From: Candidatus Aminicenantia bacterium
GTDB taxonomy: Bacteria > Acidobacteriota > Aminicenantia > Aminicenantales > Saccharicenantaceae
NCBI GenBank assembly: GCA_041479905.1
Contig: JBGOYY010000009.1
Coordinates: 653-64,652 of the forward strand
Direction of reading: 5' to 3'
DNA length: 64,000 bases
The translations under genes and the position numbers were made by a program. How positions within the stretch are numbered: position 1 is the first letter of the stretch; each line of letters opens with the position of its first letter. Of the stretch, positions 18,477 to 27,591 are shown one piece after another. A model generated the notes under the pieces. That model did no database searches. It saw only the letters and a program-made list of their open reading frames with translations, and was not told the origin of the DNA.

Positions 18477-19112
18477 TCATCGACTTATTTTGGTGAAAAT
18501 ATAACTCAAATAGATAAACCAAATAGACCAGCCAACATGGAAAAAGCGCTGCTTTAATCCGGGATAACCGCTTAAAATGTTTGGCAGAAATGCCAAGAGG
18601 CCTAACGACATTACAAAAAGACTTATTATAGACATTGTTTTAATGTACGATAATTTTCGACTCTTGCTCCATAACAATAGACTCAATAACGGGGAAAGGA
18701 TCAATAGAATGGAAGGCATGCCCATGATGAGATGTAATCTAAGGGGCAAGGGAAAAATCCCAGCTCCGGCAATCGATATTGAATAGGATAAGAGCAAAAT
18801 TACCGGCATGATGCTTATTCCGGTTGCTCCGCATTTTCCGTATAATCCAATGACGAACAGTACGCTTAATGCTGAACATAAAAGCAGTCCAGCCGAGAAT
18901 ACGTATTGAGATCTTGTTCCTAGAGCGCCCAATTCACTTACCATTCTGGATAAGTGATTGTAATTGCCGAGTATAAGTCCGCAAATAAATGTCGTTATAA
19001 AGAAGACTATCGGGATAGCGCTTCCGAGACGAATAAAATAGAATGCGGCAGTCTTTCCACCAGCGGGTTGGTCTTTGATTTCAGCTGGGGGTTTGTTCAT
19101 TTGGATGGCCAC
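18477..19112 (-). CDS. DUF998-like polytopic membrane protein (AT-rich, foreign composition)
   Basis: About six TM segments and an MVSELGALG block as in DUF998. The start is GTG 19112 or ATG 19100. Composition is clearly more AT-rich than the adjacent tyrS. Confidence 0.55.
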   Translation of the reverse strand: MAIQMNKPPAEIKDQPAGGKTAAFYFIRLGSAIPIVFFITTFICGLILGNYNHLSRMVSELGALGTRSQYVFSAGLLLCSALSVLFVIGLYGKCGATGISIMPVILLLSYSISIAGAGIFPLPLRLHLIMGMPSILLILSPLLSLLLWSKSRKLSYIKTMSIISLFVMSLGLLAFLPNILSGYPGLKQRFFHVGWSIWFIYLSYIFTKISR

Positions 19113-19346
19113 CTGGGTTTTATCCTTCGTCCATCGCCTTTGATTTCAATTGCTTACCTCCATCTTTCAACATAGAGCTTTCGGGTTTATGCGGACTGTA
19201 TAAACCGGGTCAAAGCCTATCGACCAGGCTCCGCACACCGTGCACTTTGCGATGTCTTTCATTTCGATCTCCATTTCGCCTCTCTAGTAGTTCACATGCC
19301 ACACAGAGGTGAATACGCTGCTCCGATTTATCCATATGATCTCTCT

Positions 19347-19405
19347 GGCTAACGTCACGGCTCACCGGCGGCGCAACAGCCGTCCGGTGCAGCGCCTTGT
19401 TAGAC
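19347..19405 (-). other. attC-like recombination site A (3' end of the type I R-M cassette)
   Basis: The minus strand reads GTCTAAC...GTTAGCC, beginning 7 nt after the hsdR stop. The plus-strand fold pairs 19359-19368 with 19384-19395 and leaves two bulged bases (C19390, G19394) on the 3' arm. Confidence 0.6.
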
Positions 19406-19412
19406 GGCTTCT

Positions 19413-22400
19413 TCATGCCGCCGCATACACACTGCGCCCCGCACCATAGTAGGCGTCATAGACGTGCTGGAACACAGCCGTCGTTTTTTGCTCGAATAGT
19501 TCCGGCGTGTAGACCTTCGGCAAGCCCTGGTCCAGCAGTTTCTCGATGGTCACACGCACCTCGGCGCGGGCCTGTTGGCGCTTGCGCCAATCGAGCACCA
19601 ATTTCCCCGCCTTGAGCGTGGCCAACAGCTCTCGGGCCGTGGCCTTCACCTTGTCCCGCTCCGCAGCGCTCAATTCAATCTGCGGCTTGGTCAAGAGGTC
19701 AAAAAGCGCGAGTTCTTCTTCGTTCAATTGTTCGCCCACGCTCCGTTGTTCTTCTTCATTCAGGCTCCGGGCGAAGGCCACCAGTTGCTGGAAGAACTCC
19801 TCGGCGTTGAGGCTGCCCGCATTGTAGGCGTCGATCATCGCCTGGAATCGCTCCAGATAATCCATACGCGTGCGATTGAGCCGCACCATGGCCATGAGCT
19901 TCTGCGCCACCGTCCCCTTGAGTTTCTCGTTCATGGTGCGCTTGCGGCTCGTCTTGAATTTCCCGGCCAGGGACTCGAAGTCAATTTTGCTCAGGTCAAT
20001 CCAATGCTCGTCGCCATAGGGATGGCTTACCTCGCGGATGATATAGCCCTCCGTGGCAATCGACCGATCGAGCAGTCCTTCCACCTGCTGCATGACCTGG
20101 GAGATGTCCGCCGGCGGTGTCAGCGCGCGTATTTTATCGGCGATGACCTGCATGGGCGTCACCTCAGCAGCGAAGGACTGGGCAGCCGGGTCGGGCAGTA
20201 CGGCTTGGTAGAGCCGCTGCACGTTATTGGCCTGATCGAGATAGCGGCGTTTGATCTCCTCGGACCTCACCAATGCTTCCACGGCGTCACCGAGCAGGCC
20301 GACGCGGGCAAATCCTTCAGCAGTCTGGATGGCCGCAAGGTTCACCCCTTGTTCCCGACACAAGCCCCGGGTTTCTGCCAACGCCTGCCGCAACTTCGCC
20401 ACCAACGCGGCCTTGTCCTCCACCGGCTTATCACCGCCGCCGCCCGCGCCGTAGATGGCCAGCGCCCGCTCCAAGTTGCGGAACACCCCCGCATAGTCCA
20501 CGATCAGGCCGCTCACCTTGCCGGGATAGACCCGGTTGGCCCGGGCGATGGTCTGCATCAGCGTATGGTTACGCATCGGTTTGTCGAGGTAGAGGGTCGA
20601 ACAGCTCGGCACATCGAAGCCGGTCATCCACATGGCGCATACAAAGACCAGCCGGAAGCGGTCGTCCGGGTCCTTGAACTTCGTCTCCAGATCTTCCTCC
20701 ACCATGCGCTTGCGGTGCGGGCGGATGTCCAGTCCCTTCTCGGCCATCGCGGCAATCTCGTTCTGCCCCTGGGAAACCACCACCGCCATGTCGGTCTCTT
20801 TCATCCGAGCGATCCGTTCTTCAAGCTCTCGCCGGGCATCGCCGATGACACCAGCACGTTCCAGCTGTAACGTCGCGATCTTGGCCCCCCAGTGCTTTTT
20901 CACCTTGTCGTACATGCGGATGGCCGTGGCCTTGTCGATGCAGACCACCATGGCCTTACCCTGAAAGCCTCGCCCGGTGAAATGTTCTACCAGATCTTTG
21001 GCTACCGCCTCCAACCGGTCGTCGCGCGTGATCAAGTGGTACTCTCGGGCAAACTCCCGCTCCAACCTCGATTCCTGGGCTTCGTCCAGCTCCGCCTCTT
21101 CCAGCAGGCATTCCATGTCCTGGTTGAGGTTCTCGTTGACCAGTTGCAGTTCAGGGATGCGATTCTCGTAATAGAGCGGCACCGTCGCGCCATCGACCAC
21201 CGATTGCTGGAAATTGTAGACGCTGATGTAATCGCCGAAGACTTGGCGGGTCTTCTCCTCGCCCACAATCAGCGGCGTACCGGTAAAAGCCAGAAAAGCA
21301 GCGTTGGGCAGAGCCGTGCGCATGTTGAGCGCCAGGGTGTCGTACTGGCTGCGATGGGCCTCGTCGGTGATGACGATGATGTCCCGCCGCTCGGAGAGCA
21401 TCGGGTGCGCCTCGCCCTGCTCGGTGCGGAACTTGTGGATCAGGGTGAAGACATAGCGATGATCCTCGCTGAGCAACTGCCGCAAGTGCCTGCTGCTTTC
21501 CGCCTGGGCGCGGCCTTCAGTCACCACTCCCGCCGAGGCGAAGTGCTTGTAGATCTGCCCGTCCAGCTCCTGCCGGTCGGTGACCACCACGAAGGTCCAG
21601 TTGCCCGGAATCTTGCGCAGCACCTTCTGGGCGAAGAACATCATCGCCACGCTCTTGCCACTACCCTGGGTATGCCAGAACACCCCCAGCTTGCCCTCCC
21701 GTTGACGGATGTCGGCCAGGGCCTCCAGCGCGTTATTGACGCCCAAGTACTGGTGATTCTTGGCCGTCAGCTTGATCAGCCCTCCGGGCGCTTCCTGGAA
21801 CAAGGTGAAGTTCTCCACCAGATCCAACAACCGCTTCGGTTCGCAGACGCGCAGCATGGTCTGTAGCGAGACCCGGCCCGCCTCGTCCTCGCTGTCCACC
21901 TTCTTCCACTCGGCGAAGTGTTCCCAGCCGGCGGTGATACTGCCCATCCGGCTCTGGCTGCCGTTGGAAAGGATAACCAGGGCATTGGGCCAGAAAAGCT
22001 GCGGCACCGTGTCCTTGTAGTCGCGCAGGTTGCCCGTGAAGGCGGTCTCCAGGCGGCGGTGTGCGGCCTTCAGTTCGATCAGGACCAGCGGTAGGCCGTT
22101 GACGAAGCCCACCAGGTCGGCGCGGCGGGTGTGCATCTCGCCCGTGACCCAGAACTGCGAGCAGAGCAGAAAGTCGTTGTTGGCTGGTTCATCCCAATCA
22201 ATCACCCGCACCACTTCCACCGTCTCGCCGTTCCCCTCGGGATCGGGAACGGGGACCCGTACGCCGTTTTTGAGCAGGTGATAGATCTCGCGGTTGGCGG
22301 CCACCGAACTCATGCGCGAGCGGTCGCGGGTCAGTTCCTCGATGGCCTGATTGATGGCCTCGGGCGGCGCATCCGGGTTAAGCCACTGCAGGGCCGGGCG

Positions 22401-22565
22401 AAGTCGGGCGGTGAGGATGACCTCGGCCCGGGTCTCCCGGCCCAGCGTGCTCGCGCCGTGGTCGAACTCGCCGAAGGCGTTGACCGTCTCCCAGCCCAAC
22501 TCCGCCAGCAGGACGATGGCCGGTTGCTCGACCAGGGAGTCTTCGGTGTAGCCGGTAGGGGTCAT
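19413..22565 (-). CDS. hsdR: Type I restriction enzyme R subunit
   Basis: Walker A TQGSGKSV and DEAH box (VITDEAHRSQ). 1050 aa. ATGA-type overlap with hsdS at 22562-22565. Confidence 0.92.
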   Translation of the reverse strand: MTPTGYTEDSLVEQPAIVLLAELGWETVNAFGEFDHGASTLGRETRAEVILTARLRPALQWLNPDAPPEAINQAIEELTRDRSRMSSVAANREIYHLLKNGVRVPVPDPEGNGETVEVVRVIDWDEPANNDFLLCSQFWVTGEMHTRRADLVGFVNGLPLVLIELKAAHRRLETAFTGNLRDYKDTVPQLFWPNALVILSNGSQSRMGSITAGWEHFAEWKKVDSEDEAGRVSLQTMLRVCEPKRLLDLVENFTLFQEAPGGLIKLTAKNHQYLGVNNALEALADIRQREGKLGVFWHTQGSGKSVAMMFFAQKVLRKIPGNWTFVVVTDRQELDGQIYKHFASAGVVTEGRAQAESSRHLRQLLSEDHRYVFTLIHKFRTEQGEAHPMLSERRDIIVITDEAHRSQYDTLALNMRTALPNAAFLAFTGTPLIVGEEKTRQVFGDYISVYNFQQSVVDGATVPLYYENRIPELQLVNENLNQDMECLLEEAELDEAQESRLEREFAREYHLITRDDRLEAVAKDLVEHFTGRGFQGKAMVVCIDKATAIRMYDKVKKHWGAKIATLQLERAGVIGDARRELEERIARMKETDMAVVVSQGQNEIAAMAEKGLDIRPHRKRMVEEDLETKFKDPDDRFRLVFVCAMWMTGFDVPSCSTLYLDKPMRNHTLMQTIARANRVYPGKVSGLIVDYAGVFRNLERALAIYGAGGGGDKPVEDKAALVAKLRQALAETRGLCREQGVNLAAIQTAEGFARVGLLGDAVEALVRSEEIKRRYLDQANNVQRLYQAVLPDPAAQSFAAEVTPMQVIADKIRALTPPADISQVMQQVEGLLDRSIATEGYIIREVSHPYGDEHWIDLSKIDFESLAGKFKTSRKRTMNEKLKGTVAQKLMAMVRLNRTRMDYLERFQAMIDAYNAGSLNAEEFFQQLVAFARSLNEEEQRSVGEQLNEEELALFDLLTKPQIELSAAERDKVKATARELLATLKAGKLVLDWRKRQQARAEVRVTIEKLLDQGLPKVYTPELFEQKTTAVFQHVYDAYYGAGRSVYAAA

Positions 22566-23746
22566 GCGCCGGCCTCCTCGGGAACGGCAATGTCCAGTTC
22601 CGATACATCCACCTCGCCGGAGATGAGCCGGAGCAGCAGCAGGTCGCAGGTGCGGCGGAGGGTCTGATTTCGGTAATTCAATGAATGGATCATCTCGAAT
22701 TGAAGGCGCGTGGTCATCTGGAAACGTTCGAGGATCGCGTCAGGAGGTTGTGCTAAGAGAAATTGATCAAAACATTCTTCGCGGACGCGTTGGCGACCCG
22801 TAGCGCCGGACATACTCTTGATGGCGTTATCACGGAATAGCTCACTGCGGGCCATAAGATAGACGTATTCCGGGCATACCGTTTTGGAGCGGAGGACGAT
22901 GAGCTCCGTCGAGCCACAGGCGACAGTGTTATCGGTTGGCAAGAACTGAACAAACCCTGTTTTACCATTTTCCAGACACGGCGTGATTCGTGCGAAGAGG
23001 GTATCGCCATTTTGGAAACGCGCTCCGCTGGCTTTTGGTCGATATTCGATCTCACAGATAAGCATCGAATTCTCCGACAAACTTCCCATTGCGACGAATG
23101 GGATTTGTCCGTTCTTGGGCACTGGAAGCGCTGGTCGAACGGTAACCGCATCGGGCATCGCTTTCACCTCCCACCCCTCCGGAATCCTGCCGAGAGGGGA
23201 ATCAACAAAACGGACTTGCTTATGACCAGGGAAGCAGAACTTGACGAACCACTCGCGGTAGAGGTTCTGCGCCATCTCCTCCAGAATCTTGATCCGCCGC
23301 AGGTTGTTCTCGACCAAGTCGTCGTAGGCCGAGAGAGTCGCCGCGATTTTCCGCTGCGTGGGGAGGGGGGGGATAGCAACATCCAGACCGTCCAGATGGT
23401 TGCGATTTAATGTTGGTACACCAGCCCCAGAGTTGTAGCGCTCCAAGCCGAGAGTCTGTAATAAATAGAAAACAAACTTGGGGTCATTGCCTTTGAAATC
23501 CTTGACCCAGAGCGTAGTGTTCAACGGCCAAAATGGTTTCTCAAGATATTGTACCGAACCAAGAGATCCGCTTCGTCCAGTAACAACGCCAGGCGGTTTT
23601 ACTTTGTATTCAATGTGATAGTCTTGAACGGAAGTTGAAGCCACCACAGGAAATACCCCAGGTTCTCGGTCCTGTTTTGGGAGGTCAAAACCTCTTTGTA
23701 GCGTCACGAAATTACTGAATGTCGTATAGTTGAAGGTCTTCGCCAT
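22562..23746 (-). CDS. hsdS: Type I restriction enzyme S (specificity) subunit
   Basis: Two target-recognition halves separated by conserved helices (NLRRIKILEEMAQNLYREWF; LRRTCDLLLLRLISGEV). ATG 23746 overlaps the upstream stop (TGATG); GTG 23749 is the track start. Confidence 0.9.
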   Translation of the reverse strand: MAKTFNYTTFSNFVTLQRGFDLPKQDREPGVFPVVASTSVQDYHIEYKVKPPGVVTGRSGSLGSVQYLEKPFWPLNTTLWVKDFKGNDPKFVFYLLQTLGLERYNSGAGVPTLNRNHLDGLDVAIPPLPTQRKIAATLSAYDDLVENNLRRIKILEEMAQNLYREWFVKFCFPGHKQVRFVDSPLGRIPEGWEVKAMPDAVTVRPALPVPKNGQIPFVAMGSLSENSMLICEIEYRPKASGARFQNGDTLFARITPCLENGKTGFVQFLPTDNTVACGSTELIVLRSKTVCPEYVYLMARSELFRDNAIKSMSGATGRQRVREECFDQFLLAQPPDAILERFQMTTRLQFEMIHSLNYRNQTLRRTCDLLLLRLISGEVDVSELDIAVPEEAGA

Positions 23747-23828
23747 CACTCCCCCTCCAACAACTTGGCCACATTCTCGGCGATCCGCGCTTCTAGTTCG
23801 CGAGCCTCAACGTTGAGGGTTTCCAGTT
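23743..23828. repeat. Direct repeat, copy 1 (hsdM tail / start-coupling junction)
   Basis: 86 nt with 6 mismatches to 24935-25020 by hand alignment. Confidence 0.85.
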
Positions 23829-23859
23829 TATTCGCCATTCTTTGTCCCGAATTTTCCAT
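23746..23859 (-). pseudogene. Relic copy of the hsdM 3' end (37-codon [40 protein letters not shown])
   Basis: The last 26 codons duplicate the hsdM C-terminus ([26 protein letters not shown]). The ORF is coupled on both sides (TAATG and TGATG overlaps). Confidence 0.6.
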
Positions 23860-24938
23860 TACTCCTTCTCCTCTATTTTCCCGCCCAACCGCTCCCGGGC
23901 CAAGGCAATCGCCCGGTGCAGTTTTTCGCCGAGCAACTTTCGGGGCGGCAGGGCGGTGAGGTATTCGGCGACATGGATGCCGGAGCTGCCCAATTCCAGC
24001 AGTTCGATCTGCTCCTGTTTCTTGCCGGCACAAAGGATCATGCCCAGGGGCGCCTCCTCGCCTTGCTTACGCTCGTATTTGTCCAGCCAGCGCAGATAGA
24101 GCTCCATCTGCCCTTTGTGCTCGGGCCGGAACTTGTCCAGTTTCAGCTCGATGGCGACCAGACGGCGCAGGTTGCGGTGGAAAAAGAGGAGGTCGAGGTA
24201 GAAGTCATCCTCGTCCACGGTAATGCGTTTCTGGCGGGCGACAAAGGAGAAGCCGATGCCCAACTCCAGGATGAAGGCTTCCATCTCGCGGATGATGGCC
24301 GCCTCCAGGTCTTTTTCCTGAAAGGCGCCTTTCAGGCCCAGAAAATCAAGAAAATAGGGATCGCGAAACACCAGATCCGAGGTGAGTTTGTCTTTTTCGC
24401 GCAGGGCGTCGAGTTCTATACGGGCCAGTTCCTCCGGTTTCTTGGACAGAGCGGTACGCTCGTAGAGCATGGAGCCGATCTTCCGCCGCAGGGTGCGGAC
24501 GCTCCAACGTTCGATACGGCACATTTCTGCATAGAAGTCGCGCTGAAGAGGTTTGTCGAGGGGGATTAGCGCGATAATGTGGGTCCAACTCAATTGTCGT
24601 ATCAGTGATACGACAATCCGCTCATCCGGGAATACCTCGGCAAATTGGATCATGCGGCGCATATTTTTTTCACCGAACCCATTCCCATAGTCACGCACCA
24701 ATTCTTGCGACAGTGTCGCAAGAATCTCTTTACCGTACTCCGCCCGTTCGCCTTTCAGAATTTCCTCGTTAATGCGTTTGCCGACGCGCCAGTAGAGCAA
24801 ACTCAGGGCAGCGTTGACCGTGGCGGCAACACCTTGGCGGGTTTCCTCGATCAACCGGCGGAGGTCTTCCAGAAGCGGGGGCGATGCAACCGGCAGCACA
24901 GGTTCTATTTTCACCAGGTCATGCTTTTTGCCGGCCAT
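23859..24938 (-). CDS. DUF1016/YhcG-family PDDEXK nuclease-domain protein inserted between hsdM and hsdS
   Basis: LYWRVGKRINEEIL...RNLRRLVAIELKLDKF (an E-x-K core), a family commonly embedded in type I R-M operons. ATG 24938 overlaps the hsdM stop (TGATG). Confidence 0.8.
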   Translation of the reverse strand: MAGKKHDLVKIEPVLPVASPPLLEDLRRLIEETRQGVAATVNAALSLLYWRVGKRINEEILKGERAEYGKEILATLSQELVRDYGNGFGEKNMRRMIQFAEVFPDERIVVSLIRQLSWTHIIALIPLDKPLQRDFYAEMCRIERWSVRTLRRKIGSMLYERTALSKKPEELARIELDALREKDKLTSDLVFRDPYFLDFLGLKGAFQEKDLEAAIIREMEAFILELGIGFSFVARQKRITVDEDDFYLDLLFFHRNLRRLVAIELKLDKFRPEHKGQMELYLRWLDKYERKQGEEAPLGMILCAGKKQEQIELLELGSSGIHVAEYLTALPPRKLLGEKLHRAIALARERLGGKIEEKE

Positions 24939-25020
24939 CACTCCCCCTCCAACAGCTTGACCACATTCTCTGCGATCCGCGCTTCCAGTTCGCGAGCCTC
25001 GGCGTTGAGGGTTTCCAGTT
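24935..25020. repeat. Direct repeat, copy 2 (authentic hsdM 3' end)
   Basis: Partner of 23743-23828. Confidence 0.85.
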
Positions 25021-26491
25021 CCTCGTTCTGCTCCCCCAGCCGCTCCTTGAAATCGAAGTCCTCTTCGGCGCGGGCGGCCACGCCCACATAGCGGCCGGGG
25101 TTGAGGCTCCAGCCCTGGACTTTGATCTCGGAGAGCGTCGCCACCTTGCACAGGCCCGCCACATCGACATACTTGGGTTTCTTGCCGAAGTGTTCGGCCA
25201 GCAGGTCGGCGCTGTCATGCAGGTTCTCGACGGCTTCACCCCGGTAGAGCCGGGCGATGTTTGCCAGGAACTCGATCTGCGCCGGGGTCCAGTCGCGGTG
25301 GGCGCGGTCGATCTGGCGGTAGAGGTGGCGGGCGTCAATGAAGAGCACTTTAGCGGCGCGGGCGGTCTTGCGCTTGCCCCGGTCGAAGAACCAGAGGGTG
25401 CAGGGCAGGGTCACGGTGTAGAAGAAGTTGGAGCCGACGGCCACCATCACATCCACGGCGCGGGCTTCTATGAGTTGGCGGCGGATCTCCAGCTCCGAGC
25501 CGCGGGCGTCGGAGGCGGAGTTGGCCATGACGAATCCGGCGCGGCCGGTGTCGGAGAGGGCGCTGTAGAAGAGCTGAATCCAGAGATAGTTGGCGTTGTC
25601 CGTCCGGGGCAGGCCGAATGGGAAGCGCGGGTCGTCCTTGAGCCGGTCCTTGTCCACCCGGTCTACATTGAAGGGCGGATTGGCCATCACGAAATCGAAC
25701 TTGCCGGTGGAGCGGTGCAGGTCTTCGTAGTAGGCGTTGCCCTGGCGGATGTCGCCGGCCAGACCATGCACGGCGAGGTTCATCTTGCCCAGCCGGACGG
25801 TCTCGGCCACCTTCTCCTGGCCGTAGACGCTCAGCTCGGCGCCGGGGTTCTTCTGGTGTTCGGTCACAAAACGGGCGCTCTGCACGAACATGCCGCCGGA
25901 ACCACAGGCCGGGTCAAAGATGCGGCCGTGGAACGGTTCGATGATGCCGACGATGAGCTGGACGATGGCGGTGGGGGTGAAAAACTCGCCGCCCTTCTGG
26001 CCCTCGCTCATGGCGAAGTGGCCGAGGAAGTATTCGTAAATCTTGCCAAAGGCGTCCCCCTCGATGTCCATGGGGACGGAGTTCATGGTCTTGAGCAGCT
26101 CTTTGAGTAGGGCGTTCTCGAAGCGGTTGTAGGTCTTGGGCAGGACGTCCTTGAGGTCGGGGTTCTCCTCTTCGATGGCGCGCATGGCGTCGTTGATGGC
26201 CGCGCCGATGTTGGCCCCTTCGGGCAGTTGGATCAGCGCCGAGAAACGCGCCACCTCGGGCAAGTAGAGCACGCCCCGGGCCTGGTAGTCCGCCGGGCCG
26301 ATCTTCCGTCGCCCGCCACCTTGTCCGGTCAGTTCCTTCGCCGCCGCCTGGAACTTGTGGGCGGCATAGCGCAGAAAGACCAGCCCCAGCACCGGCACGG
26401 AGTATTCCGAGGACTTCAGCTTGGAATTGGCCCGCAGTTCATCCGCCGCGTCCCAGAGCCGGGATTCGATGTTGTTGCCGTTATGATTCAT
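24938..26491 (-). CDS. hsdM: Type I restriction enzyme M subunit (N6-adenine methyltransferase)
   Basis: HsdM N-terminal domain ([14 protein letters not shown]), SAM motif I ([12 protein letters not shown]) and catalytic [10 protein letters not shown]. Confidence 0.92.
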   Translation of the reverse strand: MNHNGNNIESRLWDAADELRANSKLKSSEYSVPVLGLVFLRYAAHKFQAAAKELTGQGGGRRKIGPADYQARGVLYLPEVARFSALIQLPEGANIGAAINDAMRAIEEENPDLKDVLPKTYNRFENALLKELLKTMNSVPMDIEGDAFGKIYEYFLGHFAMSEGQKGGEFFTPTAIVQLIVGIIEPFHGRIFDPACGSGGMFVQSARFVTEHQKNPGAELSVYGQEKVAETVRLGKMNLAVHGLAGDIRQGNAYYEDLHRSTGKFDFVMANPPFNVDRVDKDRLKDDPRFPFGLPRTDNANYLWIQLFYSALSDTGRAGFVMANSASDARGSELEIRRQLIEARAVDVMVAVGSNFFYTVTLPCTLWFFDRGKRKTARAAKVLFIDARHLYRQIDRAHRDWTPAQIEFLANIARLYRGEAVENLHDSADLLAEHFGKKPKYVDVAGLCKVATLSEIKVQGWSLNPGRYVGVAARAEEDFDFKERLGEQNEELETLNAEARELEARIAENVVKLLEGE

Positions 26492-26521
26492 AGTTTCTTC
26501 CTGCGTCTATTTCTATTTGCC

Positions 26522-26611
26522 ATCTAACGCTTCGGCTAACCTGCCGCGCCAACGAGTTTCCCGCATAGCGCCACCGCGCTTCTCGCGGTCAGGTTGAGCC
26601 GGTTGTTATAC
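26522..26611 (-). other. attC-like recombination site B (3' end of the membrane-protein cassette)
   Basis: The minus strand reads GTATAAC...AAGCGTTAGAT. The plus-strand fold has 16 bp (26533-26548 with 26584-26601) and exactly two bulged bases, T26589 and G26596, on the 3' arm, which is the classical T/G extrahelical pattern of attC bottom strands. Confidence 0.75.
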
Positions 26612-26627
26612 CTTTTTTCCTTTTATT

Positions 26628-27497
26628 TCATGATTTTGCACTCTTGAAATCTCGAACTGCTTCATCAACTTCTTTTTTATCCTTAAACCGTAAGGTATTG
26701 ATATGTTTAGACCATTTATTCAACACCCATAGATTTGTGCCGAAAGCAAGTATTGTTTTCTTTTTCACATATTTCAATAACGCTACATCCCTGACAAAGA
26801 ATCGAAGCCTGACAAATAGAGATTCGTAACCTGCATATAGCGCCGCAAAATACACGAATGGCAGGAACATGATTGAAAACAAGATAGGTAGATAATAGTT
26901 TTCTAAATTTTTAAAGGTAGCAAAGTGCTTAAAATCGGTAACCACCATATAGATGGCATAGCTTGTAAAGGCTAAACCAATAAAAGCCATGATGTAGTTT
27001 AAAAGTTTTTTTGCTATTTCGTATTTTTTATCTGTCCCGGCAATGGCTATCATTCCTCCTAAAATGACAAAAACTGGCACGAGGAATAGCTCAACCCATA
27101 AATCAAATACGTACAAGTTGATAAGGAATTCGAGAACGATCAAACCTTTGATGTTGTCTTTGATGGCGTCTTTAAAGAAGTTCTGATTACTTGCCTTTGA
27201 AAATTCAAATAGCATGACAAATGCAACGTACAAAACCCATAGGATAGTGATTTGTAAATGGGGCAATTTCCAAATACCAACTGCATTCAGAGGAATTATC
27301 ATAAGAGTAATGTACGAGAACATTATCACGTATGAAATTGCAAGTTTCCATGCGAAAAATGCTTTTAATACTTGAAATAATGATTTCCTGAGTTTGGGTT
27401 GGGAAAGCGCCCAGATGACGGCTATGAGTATCCATATTGCAATAGCAAGTTCTCGATTGCTGAATTTCTGGAACAAATTAATTGCCGTATTTATCAT
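26628..27497 (-). CDS. Polytopic membrane protein, no recognised family (AT-rich single-gene cassette)
   Basis: 289 aa with about 7 hydrophobic helices (IAIWILIAVIWAL, ISYVIMFSYITLMIIPL, ITILWVLYVAFVMLF and others) and a basic C-terminal tail. Confidence 0.6.
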   Translation of the reverse strand: MINTAINLFQKFSNRELAIAIWILIAVIWALSQPKLRKSLFQVLKAFFAWKLAISYVIMFSYITLMIIPLNAVGIWKLPHLQITILWVLYVAFVMLFEFSKASNQNFFKDAIKDNIKGLIVLEFLINLYVFDLWVELFLVPVFVILGGMIAIAGTDKKYEIAKKLLNYIMAFIGLAFTSYAIYMVVTDFKHFATFKNLENYYLPILFSIMFLPFVYFAALYAGYESLFVRLRFFVRDVALLKYVKKKTILAFGTNLWVLNKWSKHINTLRFKDKKEVDEAVRDFKSAKS

Positions 27498-27515
27498 TTT
27501 GGTAATTTTGTAATA

Positions 27516-27586
27516 GTATGACGTCTGCGGTGACCGGCGCGAAACCCGCCGCGGGTTTCGCGTACGTGTCGCCCGCCTTGTTCGCT
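27516..27586 (-). other. attC-like recombination site C (3' end of the 355-aa cassette)
   Basis: The minus strand reads AGCGAAC (5 nt after the stop)...GTCATAC. The plus-strand fold has an outer stem (27527-27536 with 27565-27576) with bulges T27567 and C27574, plus an inner 10-bp stem (27538-27547 with 27553-27562). Confidence 0.5.
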
Positions 27587-27591
27587 GTTCA

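Noticed and set aside
19210-19416. 68-aa ORF overlapping the hsdR stop and attC-like site A.
   Set aside because: Most of its 5' part is the palindromic site itself. There is no RBS and the frame differs from the small Cys-containing ORF. It is likely a by-product of the repeat.
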